Below, one piece after another: positions 17,769-27,200 of a stretch of 64,000 nucleotides of DNA. How positions within the stretch are numbered: the first letter of the stretch is position 1; each line of letters begins with the position of its first letter. A program made the position numbers and the translations under genes. The notes beneath the pieces are model-generated. The model ran no database searches. It saw nothing but the letters and a program-made list of their open reading frames with translations, and was not told where the DNA came from. This DNA is from an uncultured Candidatus Saccharibacteria bacterium (GTDB lineage Bacteria > Patescibacteriota > Minisyncoccia > Phycocordibacterales > CSBR16-119), in assembly GCA_964652835.1 (NCBI GenBank), contig CAZZCB010000001.1:26935-90934 (forward strand), given 5' to 3'.

Positions 17769-20135
17769 TTAGTATAGAGACTGTAGATTATTTGCGAATA
17801 TCTCAGTTGTAACGGTTGGCACTGTAAATGTGAAATCATTGAATCCTGAAATATTGATTTCAGTGTTATCGTCCCCAAAGTTTATGTTATTTAAGAATCT
17901 ATCGGCGTTTACAGGTAGGTTGTTTCCAATAATGGTGTTTTCATATATGGATTGGAATGGATACTGAATTCTTTCATTTAATGCTGTATACCCCGTCGAA
18001 ACCTCACTTAAACAATCATTTATGTATCCATTGACTGCAAATATTTGAGAGGCGTAGTTTGAAACATTTGAGGTTACTTGATCTAACTGACCTTGACTAA
18101 CTATGGCGTTTTGATTATAGATATTATCTAAAAGAGACTCTATGACCTGCATTTCAGGACTATTTGGATCTCCTTGTTGTTCTGGGGTAAGAGATTCATA
18201 TTGAGAGAAAATGGCTTGTATTTGAGGTATAACAGGTATTAGGTTGTTAACTTGATTTTGTAGTATACCTATTTGAGTTTGGTAGCCTTCTATTTGTGAA
18301 AAATAGTTCGAGGCAACAGGTCTTATTGTTGGTGGAGCCTGGAGAGAAGAGTAATTTGCAAGAACCTCATTTCTATATTTAGTAAAAACAAAATTCATAA
18401 ACAAGCTAAACTGAGTGTAGTCAGGAACAATATATTCAGGAATAATAATTCCTGTAAGATCCTCAACAACGGCAGCGTAATAAACCCCGTCTCCACTCGG
18501 CGCAACTTCATTAATCATAGATTGTAAATTAATAGACGCAAATTCGTTCCATCTTGGATTTGGCCCAGGCACGCAATAATCTAGCGCTCTTATGTCTCTT
18601 ATTAAAGTTGAGATATTTTGTATAGCAGAGTTAGCTTGTATCAGATAAGATTGTTGTATTTCAAGTAAACCAGAATCTAGACCTTCTCCGTTTAAAACCT
18701 CGGAGACTGGTGGCTGGTTCGCGTTGGCTCCAAAATCTGGGTCGTTTGATTGCGCCCATAAAGCATTATAATTAGGGTCGTTTGGATTTGAGCTATATTG
18801 ACCGTCCGGTCTTTGAAAGGCCCTCAACCCTTGCTCAAACAACTGAGCCGCTAGTGTATCTAGTATTAGACCTAGGTTTTCATTAAATTCATCAGCAAGT
18901 TCAAGCCCCCTTAGAGGTGAACCCAGAGCCTGGCTAGTTTGTTCGGCAATAAATCTACCCGGGGTTACCGTCTCCCATTTTGCACAATTACTTCTGTTGA
19001 CGAAATAGTTATACATTTCTCTTTGAGCGTAGTCTCCCTCTACGTCCGAAAGTTCTGCTTGAACAGCCTCAGGAAGAAGCTCGATAACATCAGAAACGGT
19101 TCCGTTTGGACCCATTAAAGAGTAGCCCCCCATATGCATAGGGTCATTTCTGTCGAAATACACATCAGCAGGATCTCCTGTGTTTGTAAGCCTGCAAACT
19201 CTCTGGTTTAAAAGTCCACCAGCTTCATTTAACTCCTGCTGGAAATTTTCAACAATATTAATATCACTACCCGCTATTTGTCGAGAGAGATGGTTGTTTG
19301 CCATTATGTAGTTACCGAAAATATTATTGTTTGGTTGAGCAAAGGCTGTATATCCAGCCCACCCTCCAACACTAAATCTGGCTTGGAAGTTTTCATATGA
19401 GGCATATTGATTATTACTTTGAAGAACCTGGTTTAAAGAAAACCGCATATTGTCTTGAAGCCTGTTTTGAACAGTAAGCAATATTGTTTCAGATAGTATT
19501 CTTCCAAAAGGGTAGTCTTCTGGATTCATTGAAAACCAACCAGTAAAACTTACTATCTCGTCTTTTGCAATTTCTTCAAAAAAATTAGCCCTATCTTCTG
19601 GATAAAATGGATTTCCTTCAAACCCGCTGTTAATCCATTCAACGGTCATGAAGGTTATCTTATCAATAATCTTTAGAACAATAAACCGCGCGATAAGATC
19701 TAGACATTCCTCTTTAAAACTTTGTAGTGTTGTTTCAGTGTTAACTTTTCCCACCTCTGCCTGAACAGACGCCTTTACCGTCTCATCCACCACAGGAACT
19801 TTAGGTCCTGGGGTCACCCCCGAAGCTGCATCTGTTATATCTGTCCCAATAACAGCCTCACTTAATTCACCAACCCCGTCAACGACGGCGGCCTCACCTT
19901 TCTCAGACAATGCGGCAGCGGCTTTCGCCGCTTTTCTTTCTGCAAAAAATTTAGTACTGCAAGTCAAGGCAACCCCCGCAATACCTTGGATATTTAATCC
20001 CCCACTAGCATTTCCCCCACCACCAAAAAGCTGTGCTTCTGCCTTTGGTGTATGTGCGGAAAAAATTGAAACTAATAAAATAGTTACAACAAGGAAAGAG
20101 GATATTGTTTTTTTAAAAAAAGAAAAACTTTTCAT
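17769..20135 (-). CDS. large secreted Q/N/S-rich surface protein (788 aa)
   Basis: Signal peptide. No nucleotide-binding motifs. Adhesin-like composition. Confidence 0.5.
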   Translation of the reverse strand: MKSFSFFKKTISSFLVVTILLVSIFSAHTPKAEAQLFGGGGNASGGLNIQGIAGVALTCSTKFFAERKAAKAAAALSEKGEAAVVDGVGELSEAVIGTDITDAASGVTPGPKVPVVDETVKASVQAEVGKVNTETTLQSFKEECLDLIARFIVLKIIDKITFMTVEWINSGFEGNPFYPEDRANFFEEIAKDEIVSFTGWFSMNPEDYPFGRILSETILLTVQNRLQDNMRFSLNQVLQSNNQYASYENFQARFSVGGWAGYTAFAQPNNNIFGNYIMANNHLSRQIAGSDINIVENFQQELNEAGGLLNQRVCRLTNTGDPADVYFDRNDPMHMGGYSLMGPNGTVSDVIELLPEAVQAELSDVEGDYAQREMYNYFVNRSNCAKWETVTPGRFIAEQTSQALGSPLRGLELADEFNENLGLILDTLAAQLFEQGLRAFQRPDGQYSSNPNDPNYNALWAQSNDPDFGANANQPPVSEVLNGEGLDSGLLEIQQSYLIQANSAIQNISTLIRDIRALDYCVPGPNPRWNEFASINLQSMINEVAPSGDGVYYAAVVEDLTGIIIPEYIVPDYTQFSLFMNFVFTKYRNEVLANYSSLQAPPTIRPVASNYFSQIEGYQTQIGILQNQVNNLIPVIPQIQAIFSQYESLTPEQQGDPNSPEMQVIESLLDNIYNQNAIVSQGQLDQVTSNVSNYASQIFAVNGYINDCLSEVSTGYTALNERIQYPFQSIYENTIIGNNLPVNADRFLNNINFGDDNTEINISGFNDFTFTVPTVTTEIFANNLQSLY

Positions 20136-20142
20136 ACTCTTA

Positions 20143-21033
20143 TTATATTACACCATTTGTAGAAAAATACTTTTTAAATGCATTAATATCGTTAAGCAAC
20201 TTTTCTGAATACTCGTCATACTTACTAAAATAAGTTGCGACTTTTAACGGATCCTCTTCTAGAAAGAAGACGCTTTTCATTATTTCAGACATTTTATCTA
20301 GGTTGTTTATATATGACAAATGTAAACCAACGTTTGAGTTTGGAACTTTAGTACCTAATAAACCTTTAATTAGTCCTTCCGAAAAACTTAAATATTTTCC
20401 TAGCTCATCTAGTCCATACTTATCTTCTGGGTTTTCCAAAATATACGCAAGTAATGTTAATTCACTTGTTTCTAATTTACCAAGCCTTGCATAAATATCT
20501 GAAACATCTTTTTTATATTGATCAACGGAAGTATTACCTATCTTAAGGTCAGACATTGTATATTTGTCTTTCAAGCTAAAATTTTCAATCGACTGACCTA
20601 TTCCTTGAGAAAATTGATCTACCGTATCTTGGTTAAATGAACCATTTTGATTTAAAACAGAGGCGGTCGTAAAAAACTGCTTAGCAAAAACTTCTGTTTC
20701 GTTGTTGGGGTTAGATTTATATGTCTCATCAAAATCCACCTCTTTTCTTTTGTTTTCAACATATTTTTTATCATCTAGACCATCACCGTCTGTGTCTTTC
20801 AGACTTGGGTTTGTTCCCCATAAAGCCTCTTCCCAGTCATATAGTCCATCTTCGTCTGTATCTAAAGAAAAGAAATCTTCACTTTCGGCTACCGATGCAA
20901 ATGCTTCGCTCGAAGAATTTTGCCAGACTGTTTTTTTATTTAAAATTTTACCAAAAATAAAAATAAGTAACGCCAACAAAACAGCAGTACCGATTATTTT
21001 TACAAATTGTTTGCTTGGTAAGTATTTTTGCAT
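20143..21033 (-). CDS. membrane-anchored protein with thrombospondin type-3-like Ca-binding repeats
   Basis: DTDEDGLYDWEEALWGTNPSLKDTDGDGLDD (DxDxDG motifs). N-terminal TM. Confidence 0.5.
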   Translation of the reverse strand: MQKYLPSKQFVKIIGTAVLLALLIFIFGKILNKKTVWQNSSSEAFASVAESEDFFSLDTDEDGLYDWEEALWGTNPSLKDTDGDGLDDKKYVENKRKEVDFDETYKSNPNNETEVFAKQFFTTASVLNQNGSFNQDTVDQFSQGIGQSIENFSLKDKYTMSDLKIGNTSVDQYKKDVSDIYARLGKLETSELTLLAYILENPEDKYGLDELGKYLSFSEGLIKGLLGTKVPNSNVGLHLSYINNLDKMSEIMKSVFFLEEDPLKVATYFSKYDEYSEKLLNDINAFKKYFSTNGVI

Positions 21034-21040
21034 AGTTTAT

Positions 21041-21445
21041 TTATATTGGTAGCGGTAGAGATGTTCCCCACATAACAGCCCTAAGAACTGGGATAGGGCT
21101 AACTATCGGAGGTACGACAACTGTACAGTCGGGTAATGGTACAGGAAGATAAAGTCCCAAAATCCAAGAGCCTGGGGCAATTAGCCCGAACTGAGTAAGT
21201 GGTGATAAGGTTTGTTGAAACGGACCCACTATTGGAGGAGTCAATATTGTTGGTGTAGTGATAAAAGGATCTTCAGGAGCAAAATCAACGTCTGGGCAAA
21301 CTGCGCCCGGAACCGGCGCCGTCACAACCTGTCCACCAAAAGGCATGAGTGCTTGCGCAAGCGTGATATTTACAGACAACCCAAAAAGAATTATAAAAAC
21401 AAAAAATATGATTTTTTTCATATTTCTATTATATACCAAAACCAA
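21041..21445 (-). CDS. small Pro-rich secreted protein
   Basis: Signal peptide MKKIIFFVFIILFGLSVNITLAQA. Confidence 0.4.
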   Translation of the reverse strand: MVLVYNRNMKKIIFFVFIILFGLSVNITLAQALMPFGGQVVTAPVPGAVCPDVDFAPEDPFITTPTILTPPIVGPFQQTLSPLTQFGLIAPGSWILGLYLPVPLPDCTVVVPPIVSPIPVLRAVMWGTSLPLPI

Positions 21446-21462
21446 AAGCTTTCGTGTGGATA

Positions 21463-22236
21463 CTAAATAGATTTTAAAAGCAAAAGCCAGTCCGAAAGAC
21501 TCAGTTTTTCAGCTCTTATGTTTTGATCAAGGCCTAGCTCTTTAAATTTCTCTTCTAAAAGCTCTCTTTTGACACCTAGACCGCTAAGATTTTTTATTAA
21601 AGTCTTTCTTTTTTGAGAAAATCCTCCTTTTATGAGTCTGAAAAATTCATCTTTTTCTTTATCTTTTAGGGTATTTTTAATATTTTCTATCAAAAGTATG
21701 GCCGAGTCTACTTTTGGCTCTGGAGAAAAATACCGAGCTGGGATTTTACTCACGAATTTTGGCTCGCCAAAAACCCGAACGCTCATCGACAAAATACTTT
21801 CTTTGCCGTCACGTGCCACCACTCTTTCCGCCACTTCTTTTTGAACAATCAGCGCCATAACGGCCGGCTGATACTTTGACTCTAAGAATTTTTCTAAAAT
21901 AGCACCTGTTATATAGAAAGGAATATTTGCAACTATTTTATATTTTTTAGGAAGCTTTGAAAGATCGAAAGTTAAAATATCATCTTTTAAAAGAATAAGT
22001 TTTTTACTTTTTATTTCTTCTTTAAATTTCTCTTCAAGCACCGGGATAAGCTCTTCATCTTTTTCAATAGCAATAACCTTCCCTGCGGACTCTAAAACTT
22101 TTTCTGTTAGAGCTCCTTTTCCTGGGCCGATTTCAACCACGGTATCTTCCCCACTAATTTTTGCAGCCAAAATAATATCTCGTAGAGCTTTTCCAGATTT
22201 TAAGAAATTTTGTCCAAGGTGTTTTTTAGCTTTCAT
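21463..22236 (-). CDS. rsmA: 16S rRNA (adenine1518/1519-N6)-dimethyltransferase
   Basis: HLGQNFLKSGKAL...VVEIGPGKGALT KsgA signature. Confidence 0.9.
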   Translation of the reverse strand: MKAKKHLGQNFLKSGKALRDIILAAKISGEDTVVEIGPGKGALTEKVLESAGKVIAIEKDEELIPVLEEKFKEEIKSKKLILLKDDILTFDLSKLPKKYKIVANIPFYITGAILEKFLESKYQPAVMALIVQKEVAERVVARDGKESILSMSVRVFGEPKFVSKIPARYFSPEPKVDSAILLIENIKNTLKDKEKDEFFRLIKGGFSQKRKTLIKNLSGLGVKRELLEEKFKELGLDQNIRAEKLSLSDWLLLLKSI

Positions 22237-22239
22237 CCC

Positions 22240-24189
22240 CTAAATATACACTATATTATTCCCAAAGCCACTACTGTCTCTTTCTTCTCTATGAACAAAT
22301 TCTTCTGGAATATCTTCTAAAAATTCTGAAGGGTTTCTAACTTCTGTATTTCCAAAAACCATCCTGATAGTTGCGTAACTTAAAAACAATTTCTTTTTAG
22401 ACCGAGTCACAGCAACGTAGAAAAGTCTTCTCTCTTCTTCTTCGTTATAATCTCTGTTCATAGACTTTTTTCCATGAGGAAACAAATCATCTTCAAGTCC
22501 GACAATAAAAACATATTCGAACTCCAGACCTTTCGATGCGTGAACAGTCATCAGCTTTACTCCGTTTTTAGGTTTCTTTTTTACTGTTTCACTCAAAGTG
22601 TCTTGATCAGATGCGAGAGCCGCTTCTTCTAAAAGAAGCTCGATGCCGTCCATTTTTTCTAGCTCGTCGTATTTGGTCGCAAAAGTAATAAGTTCTTTTA
22701 CGTTTTCAAGTCTTTCTAAATCATCTTCGAGTCCTGACTTTAAAAGATCGGCTTCTATGCCAGACTCTTTTATAACGTAAGCAATAGTTTCTGACGGTAA
22801 ATGAGTTTCCGCAAAATTCCTGATTTTTTCCAAAGACTCATAGAAAGACTTTATTTTAAGCCTTGTTTTTAAAGGCAAAACAGACTCCTGCCCAGCGAAG
22901 AATTTATCTAAAGTAGTTTTTCCTAAACCTCTTTTTGGTTCGTTTATAATTCTTCTAATATCAGAAAGTGAATCTGGGTTTAAACTTCCACGAAGATAAG
23001 AAAGAACGTCTTTGATTTCTTTTCTATCAAAAAAGCGAACACCTAAAACTTGGTAAGGCAGTGAGTACTTAAGCATGTATTCTTCAAAAAGTCGGGACTG
23101 GAAATTTGCTCTATAAAGCACAGCGATGTCGTTTGGATTCACACCCTTGTCCATAAGCTCTGTTACTTTATCCGCCACGAACTCTGCTTCATATTTGTCG
23201 TTATAACTTTCAAAAACCGAAATCAGTTCCCCGTCTTCGTTTTCTGTAAATAAGTTTTTATCTTTTCTTTGTTTGTTTTTTCTGATTATGTGATTTGCAG
23301 CCCCAATAATATTTTTTGTTGACCGGTAATTTTGCTCAAGTAAAACTACTTTCGCACCTGGATAATCTTCTTCGAAATTTAAAATGTTAGTTATATCTGC
23401 TCCACGCCAGCTATAAATATTTTGGTCTGAGTCTCCGACCACGCAAATATTTCCATATTTTTTCGCCAAAAGTTTTGTCAGTAAATACTGAACTGTGTTT
23501 GTGTCCTGATACTCGTCGACGTGAATAAATTTCCACCTTTCTTGATACATATCCAAAACATCTTTGTGATCTTGAAAAAGCAAAACTGTTTTTAAAAGAA
23601 GGTCATCAAAATCCATTCCTTTTTCTTTTATTTTTTTCTCTTCATACTTTTGCCAAACGCGAGCTATCACTTGTGCGTTATAGGACTGAGCATTTTTACC
23701 GAACTCTTCGAGACTTACGAAATTATTTTTCTGGGAAGAGATCACACTTTTAAACATCCGGATAGGACTTTGCTTTGGGTCGATATTTAAATCTTTTAAA
23801 ACGTCTTTTATGATAGAGTTTGTATCTGCGTCGTCGAGTATTACAAAGTGTCTATTAAATCCTATTTTCTCAGCATTTTCTCGTAGAATTTTTACCGCAA
23901 GTGAGTGAAAAGTGGCAATCATCGGACGAGAAGTCGTGCCCAAAAGCATGTGCCCGACGCGTTCGACCATCTCTTTTGCCGCTTTATTTGTAAAAGTAAC
24001 AGCTAATATATTTTCAGGCGCCACACCTTCATGTATAAGGTGGATAATACGGTGAGTTACTGTTTTCGTTTTACCAGCTCCAGCTCCAGCCACTATCAAA
24101 AGCGCTCCGTGCGTGTGCAGAACCGCTTCTTTTTGTCTTTCATTTAAACCAGATAAATAATCCATGAAAGATACTATAACATAAATCAA
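22240..24189 (-). CDS. pcrA: ATP-dependent DNA helicase PcrA/UvrD
   Basis: GAGAGKTKTVTHRI Walker A. UvrD motifs throughout. Confidence 0.9.
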   Translation of the reverse strand: MIYVIVSFMDYLSGLNERQKEAVLHTHGALLIVAGAGAGKTKTVTHRIIHLIHEGVAPENILAVTFTNKAAKEMVERVGHMLLGTTSRPMIATFHSLAVKILRENAEKIGFNRHFVILDDADTNSIIKDVLKDLNIDPKQSPIRMFKSVISSQKNNFVSLEEFGKNAQSYNAQVIARVWQKYEEKKIKEKGMDFDDLLLKTVLLFQDHKDVLDMYQERWKFIHVDEYQDTNTVQYLLTKLLAKKYGNICVVGDSDQNIYSWRGADITNILNFEEDYPGAKVVLLEQNYRSTKNIIGAANHIIRKNKQRKDKNLFTENEDGELISVFESYNDKYEAEFVADKVTELMDKGVNPNDIAVLYRANFQSRLFEEYMLKYSLPYQVLGVRFFDRKEIKDVLSYLRGSLNPDSLSDIRRIINEPKRGLGKTTLDKFFAGQESVLPLKTRLKIKSFYESLEKIRNFAETHLPSETIAYVIKESGIEADLLKSGLEDDLERLENVKELITFATKYDELEKMDGIELLLEEAALASDQDTLSETVKKKPKNGVKLMTVHASKGLEFEYVFIVGLEDDLFPHGKKSMNRDYNEEEERRLFYVAVTRSKKKLFLSYATIRMVFGNTEVRNPSEFLEDIPEEFVHREERDSSGFGNNIVYI

Positions 24190-24227
24190 AAAGCCCCCGA
24201 TTGGGGACTTTCTGTGTATTATTTTAC

Positions 24228-27200
24228 TTACTTTTTGTATATTTTTAAGACTCTAATTGTTCCATCTTGAAGTCTTGTAGCTTTTTCATAGACCAGCGTT
24301 CCTATTTTACCAGCATTATCTCTTCGTATTTTATTTATTTTTTCATTTATCAAGCCTTGGTCTTTTGCTTCTTCGTAAATTCCAATATATCCATTTTTAA
24401 AAGATACTAAGTTTTTTGAAGATCCTGTAACCTCTCCGTAAGTATTTACTACTTCATCTGCTTTAAAAAGCTTACTTCCTAAATCAACCTGTGTGCTAGA
24501 ATTTGTTAAATATTCGACTCCACCCAAAGATGATTTTCCTGGCGACGGAACGGCTGTCTCAAAAACATCTTCAGCCCTAAGAGCCGCTGAGATTTTATTT
24601 TTCTGTTCATTTATAGTATTTTGTAGAGCTTCGTATTCTTCACTTCCCGCTGGATATTTACCTGAATCTAAAAATTCTTGCGCAACGGCTAGTCTGTCAA
24701 AGTCAAGATTATACTTTAGCGCCTCGTGGTATTTAGAATTTATTATTTCTCCCAAAGCTTCATTTCGAGCAACAGGAGTGTCGTCCATATTCCAAGAAGA
24801 CAGGGCGGCAATTGGTATATACTTCTTGCCTTCTCTTTCGTCAAAAGATATCTCGTAGCTTTTTCCTGAAACATTTGCGCTTTCAGCTACGGGCACAGCC
24901 TTACTTGGAGAAGCTTCTTTGTTTAGAACAAAATCTTGCCCCTCAGAAACAGAAGTTACGTTAGGTGCCGGCTCTTTACTGAATTCTGTTGGAACAGGTT
25001 TTTCATACCAATTAGAAGGACCTGGTTTTATTTCCTTACTCACAACGTTATACCCCTCATCAATCTTTGCCCTTAGAGCTTTCTCATAGTCAAAGTCACG
25101 AGAAGGCGCCTTAGCATAAGAGTTTTCTGGGGCTCCAGAAGATTCATTTCCAGCATTGAAAAACTTTCTTTCAGATTCTACAGCCTCCACCTCTGTGACC
25201 GCCTCTGGTTTATACACGACATCTTCACCGTTTAACCCCATAAATCTAACCACTCCTTTTGAATCGATAGAAAATCCTTCTCCCTTTTTAATCACAGCGC
25301 TTTCATTAACCTCACCAGGTTTATAGAATCCCCATTCTCTGGCAAGCTGGTCTGGGGTTTTTGCCATAAGGTCTTTATACTGCGCAGGCACATCGTTTCC
25401 AAATTTTAGTTTAAGGCTATCTTGTAAATCATCTATCGCACCGATAGCACCCCTTGATCCAGCCATCGCAGATTCCAGGACGCCAGATTCTGAAGGAATG
25501 TTTTTAACTGTTAAATCTTCTGGGGTCTGGCTTAGGCCCTCACCCCCGATGATCTCTGAAGTCTTTGGGGTAATTGGTGTGCCCTCTGTTTTAAAATAGT
25601 CATAAGGCACTCCTGTGATTTGACCTTTTAAATTTTTTATTTTTTCCACAGCATCACCACTTTTATCTAGCATAGCTTCCCATGCAGCATTAAAGTAACC
25701 TTGTTCCTGCGCATGTCTAATGCCTGCACCAAAGCTAAAACCGAGCATCGCAACGCTAGCACCTTTCAAAACAGCCAAGGCTCTGGCTTTGTCTTTTTCG
25801 CTTTGAGCCTGGTCGTCTTTTATAAATTGTTTAAATCTTTCAAAAACCTGCTCTTCTTTTGAAGCTTCGTTTGTTGACTTATCGAAGACCCCATCAGTGT
25901 TCGTATCTACTCCAAATCCGCCATTCATTTCAACAAGCACAGCAGCCTTCGACATAAGATCAGAGATTTTAAATTGGTTTACTATTTGATCTTTTGATTT
26001 ACCGAAGTTTATACGACCATCTCTCATCATCTCGTCTGTCACAAAAATTCTAGTCTTGATAGTTTCAAGTATTCTTGCCTTACTTTTATCATCAGTCGTT
26101 TTTTCAAATTGACTAACTAATTTTCCAAGTCTTTCGTGAACATTTTCAGAATTAATAGATTTTTTAATTCCGAGGTCGTCAACCTCTTTTCCATACCTTT
26201 TTCTAAGCTCTTTGCCTTCAAACTCTAGTCTTTTCTTTCTATCTGCCAAATATCCTCCGACAGCACCTGCTACAACAATACCTATGCCTGTAGCCGCAAA
26301 AGTTCTACCTAGCCACTTGGTGGCGTAACCAGCTCCAATAAGTGCCGCGCCCTTAGCCCAATTACCCATATCCGTTCCTAAGATTTTTTCAGAAAAAGAC
26401 GATGATATTTTTTCCATTTCTGGATTTTGCGTTATGTATCGTCCAAAGTTAACATGCATGTCCGTTTCTCTGATCATCATCATAACTTGTGTTTGCGCTT
26501 CTTTATATTTTCCGGCAATTTCAATTTCTTCTTCATTTGTTTTTCCTTTATCTTGATACTCTTTTTCAACAGCAGAAAGCATTGCTCGTGAAAGCTCATT
26601 TTTTTCTTTCATATAATCTTCTAATGCTTCACGATAAATTTTCCTTTGAGAATTTGTAGCTGTTTCTAGTGACCATTCATAAGGGATTTCGGAGAAACGA
26701 CTAGCGGACGCATTGAAAAATGTTTTAGCTTCTTCTATTTTTTGATCTCTAGAATTTCCAACCTGAACATACTCAAAATTAGGAACAGGTCTTCCTTTTA
26801 TAGTATCTCTGTATTTAAGTTTTGGCGCCCCCATCAAATATTTACCTAGAGTGGCAATATCCTCTTTATAATCCTCAAGTCCACCGTCTATTATTTTATT
26901 TATGGCTTTATCTCGAAGAGAAACTTGTCTTTGGTCTTTTGTAAAACTCGCCCCAATCTTTTTAAAGAATCCCATATTTTTTATCTCTTCTTCGTTTTGG
27001 TCTTTTGAAGCAAGATCTGCATCGAGATATATCTTTTGTTCAATCTTTGAAAGTAGATACATCTGCTTGTCAGGCAATAGAGAGAAAAACTCTGGAGACA
27101 TCGCATAAAGACTTTGCAAGGATTCTATACCAAGATCACTTAGTCTTTCTTTTACACCAGAGGACACACTTATATTTTCTAAATTTATTGATGGAGCTTC

